Assembly (NCBI GenBank): GCA_949287985.1
Contig: CASEIN010000001.1
Span: 1,051-65,050, forward strand
DNA: 64,000 nucleotides
Reading direction: 5' to 3'
Origin: Mucispirillum schaedleri
Lineage (GTDB): Bacteria > Chrysiogenota > Deferribacteres > Deferribacterales > Mucispirillaceae
Made by a program: the position numbers and the translations under genes. The notes beneath the pieces were generated by a model, which saw only the letters and a program-made list of their open reading frames with translations, made no database searches and had not been told where the DNA came from. Below, in pieces: positions 1-12,088 of the stretch; positions within the stretch are counted from its first letter, which is position 1; each line of letters starts with the position of its first letter.

Positions 1-202
1 TGCTAATATTATCATTAGAGATATTATCATTTAATTGGGTAGTATTATTATTACTTGAATTATCTGCAAAATTATTAACAGAAGTAGTTTTATTTAAAGA
101 AGAATTGTCTTTACTGCTTATGTTTTCCTTATTATCTTTACACCCTGTAAAAATAACAGTGGCAATAAGTATTATAAATAAAAATTTATTAGAATTAGTC
201 AT
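1..202 (-). CDS. lipoprotein, 5' part only (gene runs off the left edge)
   Basis: ATG at 202-200 follows a GAGGAAAT Shine-Dalgarno. Translation MTNSNKFLFIILIATVIFTGCKDNKENISSKDNSS... has a signal peptide and lipobox FTGC. The frame is open to nt 1. It is absent from the ORF track because there is no stop in the window. Confidence 0.6.
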   Translation of the reverse strand, partial: MTNSNKFLFIILIATVIFTGCKDNKENISSKDNSSLNKTTSVNNFADNSSNNNTTQLNDNISNDNIS

Positions 203-565
203 ATAATTTCCTCTTTTTGATATTATATAAAAAATAACACAGAAAAAAATTATATGCAACTATAATAAAAATAATGAAATAAAGAGTAATAAAAAAGCAG
301 GTATATAGCACCTGCATAAATAATCTTAAACAAGAATATGAGCTACAAGCTCATAATATTAAAATGATTACATAAACATAACAAAAGTTAAATATAAATT
401 AAAAATTTAGATAAACATTTAAGCCTCCTATATTTTTATTTATACCATAATTATAATACAAAAATTTTAAATATCAATAGTAAAAATCATATTGAAAAAA
501 CATACATAATAATGTAGTTATATAAAATTAATAAATTAAAAAATAATGAAATAGGGAGTGAAAAT

Positions 566-943
566 ATGAATTCTACAGTAATAATTGTGCTTGCAGTTAT
601 AATTTTATTTATAATAATATTTTTTTTAATATGGTAAATTTAAGAAAAAGGGCTTTGGAAGCTAAATCTGGTATTGATGTGCAGCTTAAAAAACGTTTTG
701 ATTTAATATAAAAATTTAAAAGCAAGTAATAATATGTAGCTTTTATAAAGGTCATTAAATGAAGTAGAAGACCAGATTGCAGCAAGCAGAAGAGCATATA
801 ATATTGCAGTTAGAGAATTAAACAATGCTGTAGATATGATACCTACAAATATTTTTGCTTCAATGCTTAATATTAAACGCAGAGAGTTTATAGAAATAAA
901 AGAGCAGGAAAAAGAAAACGTAAACGTTTTTAGAGCTTTTTAA
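566..943 (+). pseudogene. LemA-family protein, frameshifted and internally deleted
   Basis: 566-637 encodes MNSTVIIVLAVIILFIIIFFLIW* (LemA-type N-terminal TM helix). A shifted frame at 628-711 gives NMVNLRKRALEAKSGIDVQLKKRFDLI* (LemA core IDVQLKRR-DLI). 749-943, back in the first frame, gives SLNEVEDQIAASRRAYNIAVRELNNAVDMIPTNIFASMLNIKRREFIEIKE... The total is about 180 nt shorter than a typical ~185-aa LemA. The first frame break lies in or near the T7 run at 621-627. Confidence 0.7.
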
Positions 944-958
944 AAAGTAGATAATATA

Positions 959-993
959 AAAACCTGTGTAAGATACTACCCACAGGTTTATTA
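959..993 (+). terminator. stem-loop after the lemA remnant
   Basis: AACCTGTG (961-968) pairs with CACAGGTT (981-988), followed by a weak T-rich tail. Confidence 0.35.
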
Positions 994-1136
994 CATAAAA
1001 ATTCTTAATATTAAATAAATAATCAGCTAAAACTTTTTACTTAATATTATTATATATAACAATAGATTTTAAGCAAAATACTTATAACAAATCTTATGTA
1101 AATTAAAAAAAATATGGGGAAAAAAAGAAATAGAAC

Positions 1137-1165
1137 TTGACTATTATTTATATATTATTGATAAT
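1137..1165 (+). promoter_or_regulatory. sigma70-like promoter candidate for the MCP genes
   Basis: TTGACT (1137-1142), 17 nt, GATAAT (1160-1165), about 75 nt upstream of the MCP start. Confidence 0.35.
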
Positions 1166-1240
1166 GGTCGGGATAGTATAAATAAAAAGTCCACTTTTAT
1201 ATCATTTTATCTAAATTTGATGGGTGGGGGAGATAGTATT

Positions 1241-3145
1241 ATGGCTTTAAAAAAGACACTTTCCATACGTGCAAGAATAACATTAATTTTAATTACTAGC
1301 TTTGCTGTAGGTCTTACTACAGTAATTTTTATAACATTAGGTATTAATAATAAATATTTTAAGCAATATGTCTATGACCATCTTAATTTAACAGTAAGCG
1401 AATTAAAAAATATAACATCCACCACAATTAATAATCATAAAAGTGATATTTCTGATATAGCATCAGTATTATTATTTGATAATACATCTGATGTTTCAAA
1501 TATTCAAAACACCGTAAATAAGCTCTATGACAAATACCAAGGCACTGCTTATTCTGTTGGTGTATTTTTTAGCGATAATAACTTTTACTTAAATACTATT
1601 TCAAAAAATGCATATAAAGTTTATAATACAGATATATATAATAAAACCATTAATTCAAATAATGTAAACGTATCTGATATTTTAATTGATAATGCTACAA
1701 ATAGACCATATTTAATGTATACCGCACCAATTAGGACAAAAGACAATATTAAAGGTGTGTTAGCAATAAGCATTTATACTGATAGTATGGTAGACTATAT
1801 TGATAATACCTTTATTGGAGATATAGTAAAAGGTAAATACTATGTTGTAAATAAAAGCGGTCAAATACTTATTGATACAGATAGAACTTTAAATAAAAAA
1901 ATTACTGATATTTATCCAAAACTTTCAAATTTTTTAAACAACCTTACAGAATCTGAAAGCCATATTGAATATAAGTCTAGATATACAAATATTGCCCAAA
2001 GTACGCAAATTGAAGGTACAAATTTTACTATTATTTTTATCATAGGTGAAAAAATTTTTCTAAAAAGAATAAATACTGCCATATATGCTGCAATTGCTGG
2101 GCTTATTATCTTAACAAGTATAATGGTAATAGTTACTTTATTTACTACTAACAGAATTTTTGCTGATTTGAAAAAGATAAATAATGCCATTAACAGTGCA
2201 AGCATGCATAATGATTTAAGCCTTTTTATAGATTATAATAAACGTAACGAATTAAAAGATGTATCTGATAGTATAAATACTTTTATAACCAATGTACGAA
2301 ATACCGTATCAGAAGTGCATATTTTAACTGATGAAGTGTCAGAACAAAGTATAGAACTAAATAATACTATGAGAGAACTTACAGAAATGTTTAAAAAACA
2401 AATGGGGCATATTAATAATATTGTAGATGAAATGGGGATTGCAAATGCATCCTCTTCTGATATTGTAAATATTATGGGTGAAAATATGAAACTTTTAGGC
2501 GTAACTGTAAGAAAAACAAATGAGGAAAAATCATTAATTAATACTGTTAATGATAATATGGTAGAAATACGTGAAAATACATCGTTACTTTCTGATAATG
2601 TATTAACTCTTTCAGAACAATCAAAAAATATTGGAAATATTTTAAATGTTATTAATGATATTGCTAAAAAAACAAATCTTCTTGCCTTAAATGCATCAAT
2701 AGAAGCAGCAAGAGCAGGCGATTCTGGTAAAGGGTTTGCAGTGGTTGCAGATGAAGTTAGAAACTTAGCTGAAAGAACAAAAAATGCTACAGAAGAAATA
2801 GAAAAAATTATTTTATCTTTGCAAAATGAAGCATCTTCAGCTTCTCAAGAGATGTATAAAGCTTCAGAAGCCGTAAATTTTGGGCTTGATAATCTTGGGA
2901 AAGTAGCAGGTGAAATTGATGAGACTATTAGTGGTATTAATGGGATGTATCAAAGTATAAGCCCTAGTGCAAAAGATTTAGTGGAACAGCAAAAGCAAAT
3001 TAAATATATTACTGAAAATTCATACGGCATATTGCAAGGTATAGAAGAAAGTAATAGAGCTATTGAAGAAATAGATAAAACTGTTAGTAATATGACAACT
3101 CGTGCATTAAAATTAAAACAATCTGTAGACCAATTTAAAATATAA
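1241..3145 (+). CDS. methyl-accepting chemotaxis protein with periplasmic Cache-like sensor
   Basis: Two TM helices flank a ~250-aa periplasmic domain ([23 protein letters not shown], Cache-type), followed by a HAMP-like segment. MCP signalling hairpin: [37 protein letters not shown] prefer the ATG at 1241 (GGGGAG SD 8 nt upstream) over the TTG at 1217 in the ORF track. Confidence 0.9.
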   Translation: MALKKTLSIRARITLILITSFAVGLTTVIFITLGINNKYFKQYVYDHLNLTVSELKNITSTTINNHKSDISDIASVLLFDNTSDVSNIQNTVNKLYDKYQGTAYSVGVFFSDNNFYLNTISKNAYKVYNTDIYNKTINSNNVNVSDILIDNATNRPYLMYTAPIRTKDNIKGVLAISIYTDSMVDYIDNTFIGDIVKGKYYVVNKSGQILIDTDRTLNKKITDIYPKLSNFLNNLTESESHIEYKSRYTNIAQSTQIEGTNFTIIFIIGEKIFLKRINTAIYAAIAGLIILTSIMVIVTLFTTNRIFADLKKINNAINSASMHNDLSLFIDYNKRNELKDVSDSINTFITNVRNTVSEVHILTDEVSEQSIELNNTMRELTEMFKKQMGHINNIVDEMGIANASSSDIVNIMGENMKLLGVTVRKTNEEKSLINTVNDNMVEIRENTSLLSDNVLTLSEQSKNIGNILNVINDIAKKTNLLALNASIEAARAGDSGKGFAVVADEVRNLAERTKNATEEIEKIILSLQNEASSASQEMYKASEAVNFGLDNLGKVAGEIDETISGINGMYQSISPSAKDLVEQQKQIKYITENSYGILQGIEESNRAIEEIDKTVSNMTTRALKLKQSVDQFKI

Positions 3146-3155
3146 TTAGAGGTAA

Positions 3156-5087
<1,932 letters not shown>

Positions 5088-5132
5088 TTTTAATTATAAT
5101 ATAGCATTATCTATAAGATAGATAATAATTTT

Positions 5133-5166
5133 AGCCTGTGAGATATATTCCCACAGGCTCTTTTTA
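5133..5166. terminator. bidirectional stem-loop between convergent genes
   Basis: AGCCTGTG (5133-5140) pairs with CACAGGCT (5152-5159), then CTTTTTATT. It sits between the MCP stop (5087) and the stop of the minus-strand gene (5167). Confidence 0.6.
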
Positions 5167-5502
5167 TTAAAATATACTGGAGAATATACCTTTTGTTGCA
5201 GTGTTCATTAAATCACCTGCAATACCTTTATCATCTGTTCCATAACCAACAGCTAAAAGTTTCATTTGGTCATTCCAGTAGTTATCTTCTGCCTGAGCCA
5301 TTGCAGAGCCCAGTGCTTTTGATGTAACAGATGAATTAACTATGCCACGGTTAGCAAGGTTATTTAAAGCTGTGCCGCTTAAATTTTCAAAATCTTCCAT
5401 TCTGTTGTCTTGGTTTGCTATTTTATCATACTGCTCACGCTGTTTATTTTCAGCAGTATTTTCTCCAAATAATAGTTTATTTAATCCATCAAAAAATCCC
5501 AT
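5167..5502 (-). CDS. hypothetical 111-aa protein (last gene of the phage-like trio)
   Basis: ORF lying 13 nt downstream of the 713-aa gene on the same strand. I recognise no motif (MGFFDGLNKLLFGEN...). Function unknown. Confidence 0.55.
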   Translation of the reverse strand: MGFFDGLNKLLFGENTAENKQREQYDKIANQDNRMEDFENLSGTALNNLANRGIVNSSVTSKALGSAMAQAEDNYWNDQMKLLAVGYGTDDKGIAGDLMNTATKGIFSSIF

Positions 5503-5515
5503 TTATTTCCTCCAT

Positions 5516-7657
5516 TTATTTCCCTATGGTTGAATATTCTATGAATATATTATCAATAAAAAAATCACCATTATGGGCTAATTCTATTTGTATTTTATTT
5601 AGTTTTTTAGTTATAAAGTATTTATGTTTTGTTTTATTTTTTTGCAGTACTAAGTTATATGATAAGCCGTTTAGTAAAAGTGTAAAAGTTTTATCTTCTA
5701 AAAATGCAGGAGTATATACTGTTACAGATTTTATTACCATATTTAGATTACTTTTTAATTCTTTATATATTACATTAATACCGCTTAATTTATTTTTATT
5801 TTCAATATGCAGTATGCCTTTATTATCAAGGGCATAAGTTTTATAATCCCCATTATAAATTTCTATAATCTGCTTATATAATGTATCACTGTTTAGAGCA
5901 TATATTGTATATCCACGCAGAATATTATAGTATTCAAAAATGTATTCGTCACGGGTAAAGATTAAAGTATTTCTGCTGTTTATTAAGCATACATCTGATA
6001 CATTTTTATCTTTTATAATGTTTTGGTAATCAGATAAGAAAAAATCACCATAATATTCTGTGGCACTAATCTTTTTAACACCCGATGAAGCTCCAAATAT
6101 AATTGATGAGCCATAAGTGATTGCTCTGCTTGTAATTTTATCCACTTCTCCAAGTTTTGAAACTATCCAGTTAGGGTAGCTTCCTGCAAGCCTGTAAATA
6201 CTGCCGTTATCTTTAAAAACTATAATACTATCTAATACAACAACAGCATATATTATTATTCCTCCGTCTTTATATCCAATTTCTACAAATAAAGCGTCTA
6301 AATCTGTTCCCCATGCCCAGTTATAAAAATCGCCTATACCACTAAAATATAATGATGAGCCTTGAGGTACAACAAGCCTGCCGTTTTGAATTAAAAGGCA
6401 TGGAATATTTTCCATTTCAGGTGAAACATCCACATAAAATATACCGTTATAGTTTGCCACATAAAGCCTGTTATTATTTACTGTTATAGTAGATGATGAA
6501 GCTTTATTTTCTGGTGGGTTAATATAATCAAGCAGTACCAGCTTGTTATTAGAATATTCATACACCATAACAGTATCTGTGGAATTTTGGTGGCGTACTA
6601 CAGCAGAAAAATAACACATTAAAGCAGAGCCAGCATAAAATACGTCATGTAAAAATATGGTATTATTAAAATCAGTAAAAAGAGTAGCTGATACCCTAAA
6701 TAATGAACCGTTAAAGGAAAGCCTGTATAAAGATGATTTTACTTTAGCAAGTGATTCATCAGTTTCATTAATCAGTAAATATATTTCATTATTAATAACC
6801 CGTATAAATTTCTGACCATATGTATTTAACCCTTTTGTAAAATTAAGAGGATAGCGTTTTATGGTTTTATCCAGCGTATTAAATGCAATAACTTCATATT
6901 TAGAGCTGTTTGTAAGGTTTAAAAGCTCAAAGCCATAAGCTGCAGAAAAGCGGCTATTAAAACCATTTGAAGAAATATCTGCATATTTGATTACTTCATC
7001 ATTTGATATAATATAAATATTTTGCAAATCAGCAGCAAAAAGAGTGTTATTGCATATAAAAAAATCAAGTGTAGTAAGTGAGTTATCAAGTATTTTTACA
7101 ATGCTTGAGCCTTCTATCATATACCCTGTGCCTCTGCTGTCTGAAAAATAAAGACGTGAGCTGAAATACATAAGCGAGTTAGCAGGGGTAAAATCACTTT
7201 GACGAGGGGAAAGCCTTTGCCAAGAATAAGGGGCAAGAGAGTAAGTGATTTTTGAAATACTGCCGCTATTATTAATATGGTATATATTATATGTACTTGA
7301 AACATAAATACCGTCTTGGTTGCTTATAATATCGCTAGGAATTGCGTTTTTTTCAATGCTGTATTTTTTATTGTTTGTAATATCATAAACACCGCCGTTG
7401 TAGGCTGCAAAAAGGCACTGTTTACCATTATATAAAATATTATAAAGCCTTGCAAATGATGTGCTTTTAAAGTTTTCCATTACATCAAACTTATATGAGC
7501 CAGAAAATGAGTTTATATCTTCATTATATATAACACCAGCTATATGGCAGGCTTGATTTTCTTTAATATATTCACCACTTATGGTATTACACATCCCACT
7601 TATTGGTTTATATAGTTTTGCCACAGAATTTTTTGAAGTATATGATGCTTTTTTCAT
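5516..7657 (-). CDS. large beta-rich protein, possibly a phage nozzle / tail-tube-B-like structural protein
   Basis: Uninterrupted 713-aa ORF whose start overlaps the upstream stop (ATGA, 7654-7657). About 10 degenerate blade-like repeats (NGGVYDI, DGIYVSS, SRLYFSD, NTLFAAD, NRLYVAN, SSLYFSG, GSIYRLAG). No enzymatic motif. The call rests on size and order after an adaptor-like gene, so the functional label is weak. Confidence 0.3.
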   Translation of the reverse strand: MKKASYTSKNSVAKLYKPISGMCNTISGEYIKENQACHIAGVIYNEDINSFSGSYKFDVMENFKSTSFARLYNILYNGKQCLFAAYNGGVYDITNNKKYSIEKNAIPSDIISNQDGIYVSSTYNIYHINNSGSISKITYSLAPYSWQRLSPRQSDFTPANSLMYFSSRLYFSDSRGTGYMIEGSSIVKILDNSLTTLDFFICNNTLFAADLQNIYIISNDEVIKYADISSNGFNSRFSAAYGFELLNLTNSSKYEVIAFNTLDKTIKRYPLNFTKGLNTYGQKFIRVINNEIYLLINETDESLAKVKSSLYRLSFNGSLFRVSATLFTDFNNTIFLHDVFYAGSALMCYFSAVVRHQNSTDTVMVYEYSNNKLVLLDYINPPENKASSSTITVNNNRLYVANYNGIFYVDVSPEMENIPCLLIQNGRLVVPQGSSLYFSGIGDFYNWAWGTDLDALFVEIGYKDGGIIIYAVVVLDSIIVFKDNGSIYRLAGSYPNWIVSKLGEVDKITSRAITYGSSIIFGASSGVKKISATEYYGDFFLSDYQNIIKDKNVSDVCLINSRNTLIFTRDEYIFEYYNILRGYTIYALNSDTLYKQIIEIYNGDYKTYALDNKGILHIENKNKLSGINVIYKELKSNLNMVIKSVTVYTPAFLEDKTFTLLLNGLSYNLVLQKNKTKHKYFITKKLNKIQIELAHNGDFFIDNIFIEYSTIGK

Positions 7658-8211
7658 AAGGCAAACCTGTTATCCCTTTTTAAAGAGTAAGAGCCGTATT
7701 TTGAAAGGGTTGTTTTTATAATCATATTAGAAAGCTGTAAAAGCTCCTTTTCTTCCTTATCCATATTAAATTCAAGGCGAGATAAGGCTTTTATAACAGT
7801 ATATAAATAGAGATAGTCAATATATGATGCACTCATATTTATTTCATCATCAATGCCATATCGTTCATACTCTTTAATATAATAAATTAAAGCATTATTT
7901 TCTGGCAGTATAATATTATTATTAAGTATAAAATACCCAAAGCTGTTACTATATTCTTCTTTTAAAGGTATGGTGTTATCATTAATAATTACTTTATATA
8001 TTTCTAATAAATCATCGGGCACAGGGCAAATATTTGACTGCGTTTGAAGCAAAGTAATATTAAATTTTACCCTGTTTGATAAAAGCAGCATTTCAAGCTG
8101 AGTGATACCTGCATGAATATAGGATATCAGCTCATCATCGCTAAATTCAAAAGATGAGCTGTCGTTTATTTTTATTCTAATTTTTGATATTAAATCTTTT
8201 ATTGTTTTCAT
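7654..8211 (-). CDS. possible phage head-to-tail adaptor-like protein (P22 gp4 / T7 gp11 class)
   Basis: The start is probably the ATG at 8211 (GGAG SD 9 nt upstream) rather than 8256. The N-terminus MKTIKDLISKIRIKINDSSSFEFSDDELISYIHAGITQLEMLLLS resembles, by eye, the helical N-terminal pattern of podovirus adaptor proteins. 185 aa. Confidence 0.35.
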   Translation of the reverse strand: MKTIKDLISKIRIKINDSSSFEFSDDELISYIHAGITQLEMLLLSNRVKFNITLLQTQSNICPVPDDLLEIYKVIINDNTIPLKEEYSNSFGYFILNNNIILPENNALIYYIKEYERYGIDDEINMSASYIDYLYLYTVIKALSRLEFNMDKEEKELLQLSNMIIKTTLSKYGSYSLKRDNRFAL

Positions 8212-8398
8212 AATCTTGCTCCGTTTTTTTATATATAATATTAATAACAGCAACAAGGATGTCCGTATTTTCCGTTAAATACATATTTATTGATATGGTA
8301 GAAAAAAGATAAAAATTTTATAAATATATTTTAAATTAAAAGTTGATTTTATTCATTTATTTATGGTAGAGTATGGAAAATATTATAATTTATTAGGT

Positions 8399-9454
8399 AT
8401 GATATTAATGAAAAGCAGGGAAATAAAAGTAGGCGGTTTATCTTTAGGTGGCACTAACCCTATATATATTCAGTCTATGACAAATACAGATACTAGAGAT
8501 GTGGAAAAAACAGTAGAGCAGATATTAAACCTTGAAAAAACAGGCTGTGAGATAATCCGCTGTGCTGTTTTAGATATGCAGGCAGCAGAAAGTTTAAAAT
8601 CTATTAAAGATAAAATACATATACCATTAATAGCAGATATTCACTTTGACTATAAATTAGCTGTTAAATCATTAGAATCTGGTGCAGACTGTATTAGGAT
8701 AAACCCGGGTAACCTTGGTTGCTATGAAAAGCTAAAAATTGTAACAGAGGCAGCAAAATCAGCAGGTGCTGCTATTAGGGTTGGAGTTAATTCTGGTTCA
8801 TTAGAAAAAGATTTACTTGAAAAATATGGCGTATGTGCAGAATCTATTGTGGAATCAGCCTTAAGAAATATCAGATATTTATATGATTTAAACTTTGATA
8901 ATTTTAAAGTTTCCTTAAAATCAAGCTCAGTTCCAATGACAATTAAAGCGTATCAGCTTTTTGCTGAGAAAGATAATTCACCACTTCATGTAGGTGTTAC
9001 AGAATCAGGTACAATATTTTCAGGCACTATTAAGTCAGCTGTTGGCATAGGTGCAGTGCTGGCTTCTGGAATTGGGGATACTTTACGTGTATCATTAACT
9101 GGTGATGTGCTTGATGAAGTAAAGGTGGGCTGGCAGATATTATCAAGCCTTGATTTAAGAAGAAAAGGTCCAGAAATCATATCGTGTCCAACTTGCGGAA
9201 GAACTGAAATAAACTTAATTGATTTAGCAGAAAAAGTGGAAAATATGCTTCAAACTTCAAATAAGATTATAAGTGTTGCTGTTATGGGCTGTGCTGTTAA
9301 TGGCCCGGGAGAAGCAAGGGAAGCAGATTACGGAATAGCAGGTGGCATAAAACAGGGGCTTATTTTTAAAAAGGGGCAGATTATAAAAAAGGTAGATGAA
9401 AATATGCTTTTAGAAGAATTTGCAAAAATATTACAAAATGATGGTGTAATATAA
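8399..9454 (+). CDS. ispG: 4-hydroxy-3-methylbut-2-enyl diphosphate synthase (MEP pathway)
   Basis: IKVGGLSLGGTNPIYIQSMTNTDTRDV, RINPGN, and C-terminal Fe-S ligands CPTCGR ... GCAVNGPGE. The start is ambiguous (8363, 8399 or 8408); homology begins at about 8408. Confidence 0.93.
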   Translation: MILMKSREIKVGGLSLGGTNPIYIQSMTNTDTRDVEKTVEQILNLEKTGCEIIRCAVLDMQAAESLKSIKDKIHIPLIADIHFDYKLAVKSLESGADCIRINPGNLGCYEKLKIVTEAAKSAGAAIRVGVNSGSLEKDLLEKYGVCAESIVESALRNIRYLYDLNFDNFKVSLKSSSVPMTIKAYQLFAEKDNSPLHVGVTESGTIFSGTIKSAVGIGAVLASGIGDTLRVSLTGDVLDEVKVGWQILSSLDLRRKGPEIISCPTCGRTEINLIDLAEKVENMLQTSNKIISVAVMGCAVNGPGEAREADYGIAGGIKQGLIFKKGQIIKKVDENMLLEEFAKILQNDGVI

Positions 9455-9457
9455 ACT

Positions 9458-10357
9458 ATGAATAAAATATATTTAGTATTTATAATTTTATTATTTGTAT
9501 TTACAGGCTGTCAGGTAAAAACTATAAAAGATAAAGATAAATCAGTTATTATGTGCTCTACTGAAGTGATAGATGATTTAGTTCGTGCAGTAGGTGGTGA
9601 TTTTATAGAAACAAGCCTTGCCATAAAAAGTGGCAACGACCCCCACTCTTATTCTTCTACAGAGCGTGATATTATACGTATTACAGATTCTTCTCTTATT
9701 GTATATAATGGTGGTGGCTTAGAAGGAAGGCTTGAGTGGGCTTTAGGTAAAATTGGAAATATTACACCAGCAGTATCAATTATAAAAAATATCCCAAAAG
9801 ATAAACTTATATATAAAGATAAAGTATTAAACCCACACATTTGGCATGATGTTATGCTTTGGAAAAGTGTGGTTACTTTCATTGCTGATAATCTTGTGAA
9901 AATGAATGAGGAAAATAAGCAGATTTATTATCAAAATGAAGAAATAGTGCTTTTTACTTTTGAAAAACTTGATAAATATATAAAAGAGCAGGTTGCACGT
10001 ATTCCAAAAGAAAAACGTGTGCTTGTAACAGAGCATGATGCTTTTGCATATTTTGGTAAAGCCTATGGGTTTGAAACACTATCTATTCAAGGTATAAGCA
10101 CTTATTCTGAAGTATCTTCTATTGATATCAATAATTTAGCTGACTTATTAATAGAAAAAAAAGTGGATACAATATTTTTAGAAGCCACAGTGCCAGCAAG
10201 AAATATTAGGCTTTTACAGGCCACATTAAAAGCAAGAGGCCATTTTGTAAAAATAGGCGGCACACTTTATGCAGATACTTTAGGTCATAATAACACATAC
10301 GATAAAATGATGCGTCATAATATTGATACAATAGTGAAAGCATTATCAAATAAATAG
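9458..10357 (+). CDS. metal (Mn/Zn/Fe) ABC transporter substrate-binding lipoprotein, TroA/ZnuA cluster
   Basis: Lipobox FTGC. Metal-ligand motifs DPHSY, NPHIWHD, TEHDAFAYF and LYADTLG are typical of cluster A-I binding proteins. Confidence 0.88.
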   Translation: MNKIYLVFIILLFVFTGCQVKTIKDKDKSVIMCSTEVIDDLVRAVGGDFIETSLAIKSGNDPHSYSSTERDIIRITDSSLIVYNGGGLEGRLEWALGKIGNITPAVSIIKNIPKDKLIYKDKVLNPHIWHDVMLWKSVVTFIADNLVKMNEENKQIYYQNEEIVLFTFEKLDKYIKEQVARIPKEKRVLVTEHDAFAYFGKAYGFETLSIQGISTYSEVSSIDINNLADLLIEKKVDTIFLEATVPARNIRLLQATLKARGHFVKIGGTLYADTLGHNNTYDKMMRHNIDTIVKALSNK

Positions 10358-10394
10358 CATATAAGTTTAAAAAATAATAGATGGACTAGGTAAA

Positions 10395-11201
10395 ATGATT
10401 AGAACATACTCATCAAAAGAACATATAGAACAGTTAAATGTAGCAGTAAAATGTGAAAATGTAACTGTTGAATATAAGGGCAGACCAAACCTTTTAAATA
10501 TTAATATGGAAGTTCCAAGCGGTGTACTTTTGGCAGTACTTGGCCCTAATAACTCAGGTAAAACAACACTTTTAAAAACAATAGCAGGGGTGGAAAAACC
10601 AACTGCTGGTAATATTTATATTTACTCTCGCCCAACTCATGCATTAAAAAATGATGTGGCATATGTGCCAGAACGTAATCATGTCAACTGGGATTTCCCT
10701 ATTAATCTTTTTGATTTAGTGCTTATGGGTTCTTATAACAGGCTTCGCCGTGCAGAACAGCCCCATAAAAAAGATAAAGTGGCTGTAAAAGAAGCATTAG
10801 AGCGTATGGGGCTTGAAAAGCTTGCTAAAAAAAGCATATGTGATTTATCCCGCGGGGAAAAGCACAGAGCATTAATTGCAAGGGCTTTAGTGCAGGATGC
10901 AAGAATATATATTATGGATGACCCTATGGTTGCAGCTGATGAAGAAAGCATTAATATTATAGTTGAAGTACTGCAGGAATTAAGGGCTAAAAAGAAAACT
11001 GTTATAGTATCTCACCATGATTTTGTTACAATACCAAGGTATTTTGATATGGTGGCACTTTTAAATGTGAAGCTTTTAGGAATAGGTAAAACTGAAGATA
11101 TCTTAACAGAAGAAAACTTTGAAAAAACATATGGTATGAGTGCAGGTATCATAAAAAATATCAGACTTTATATGGATGAAAGCCATGATAGAACTAAGTG
11201 A
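10395..11201 (+). CDS. metal ABC transporter ATP-binding protein (TroB/ZnuC-like)
   Basis: Walker A GPNNSGKTT, signature LSRGEKHR, Walker B IYIMDDP. Confidence 0.9.
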   Translation: MIRTYSSKEHIEQLNVAVKCENVTVEYKGRPNLLNINMEVPSGVLLAVLGPNNSGKTTLLKTIAGVEKPTAGNIYIYSRPTHALKNDVAYVPERNHVNWDFPINLFDLVLMGSYNRLRRAEQPHKKDKVAVKEALERMGLEKLAKKSICDLSRGEKHRALIARALVQDARIYIMDDPMVAADEESINIIVEVLQELRAKKKTVIVSHHDFVTIPRYFDMVALLNVKLLGIGKTEDILTEENFEKTYGMSAGIIKNIRLYMDESHDRTK

Positions 11202-12084
11202 TACTTTTATATTTGATACAATGCTTAAAAGCTCATCGCTTTTAGGTTTAAGTGCAGGGATGCTTGGTGTTGTTATATCATACCAAAGAAGAAGTATTGA
11301 AATTAATGCTCTTGCTGCTGGCTCTTTTGTGGGTATATTAGTTTTTTACCTTTTAGCAGGGGTGGGAATATATTTAAGCTCATATTTTTCTGGTGAAATT
11401 GATAAATATGTGTTTTCATTTACTGGCTCAATTTTTGGGGCATTGTTTATGATTACACTTTTAAATATCTTATATAAAACAGACAGGCTTCATATGCACA
11501 TTATCCAAAGTTTAATGACTGCTGTTATGCTTGGTGTTGGTATTACATTAATCACCTATATCCGCCAAACTGGTGGTGCATTAGATTCTGGAATAGAGAT
11601 ATATCTTTTTGGAGAAACAACTTCTCTTACCAGTGAAGAATTTGATTTTTTAAAAATAATTGCTGTGGCTGCTGTAGTTTTACTGCTTCTTTATTTTAGA
11701 AGACTGAAAATTGTAATATTTAATAAAGATATAGCAAGAACAACCCATTTCCATGTATCCTTTTATTATACGCTTATTAATATAATGGTCATATGCTTAG
11801 TTGCATTTTCTATTAAGGTTATGGGTGTGTTTTTAACTGTTGCCATATTTTTAATACCTGCAGTTACTGCTAGACTTTGGAGTAACAGATTATTTATTAT
11901 AATGATTTTAGCTGGTGTTTTTGGAGCAGTTAGTGGTGCATTAGGAACTATTGTTTCTGGTACACTAGGAAATATGACTTTAGGTATAGCTATTACACTT
12001 ATTTTAGCAGTTTTCTTTTTAGCATCCCTTATAATATCACCTTATAAAGGGCTTGCAGGAAAACTAATCAAATATATGAGGTGA
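11176..12084 (+). CDS. metal ABC transporter permease (ABC-3 family, TroC-like)
   Basis: Polytopic, about 8 TM segments. It overlaps the ATPase gene. Typical ABC-3 composition and operon position. Confidence 0.85.
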   Translation: MKAMIELSDTFIFDTMLKSSSLLGLSAGMLGVVISYQRRSIEINALAAGSFVGILVFYLLAGVGIYLSSYFSGEIDKYVFSFTGSIFGALFMITLLNILYKTDRLHMHIIQSLMTAVMLGVGITLITYIRQTGGALDSGIEIYLFGETTSLTSEEFDFLKIIAVAAVVLLLLYFRRLKIVIFNKDIARTTHFHVSFYYTLINIMVICLVAFSIKVMGVFLTVAIFLIPAVTARLWSNRLFIIMILAGVFGAVSGALGTIVSGTLGNMTLGIAITLILAVFFLASLIISPYKGLAGKLIKYMR

Positions 12085-12088
12085 GCAG

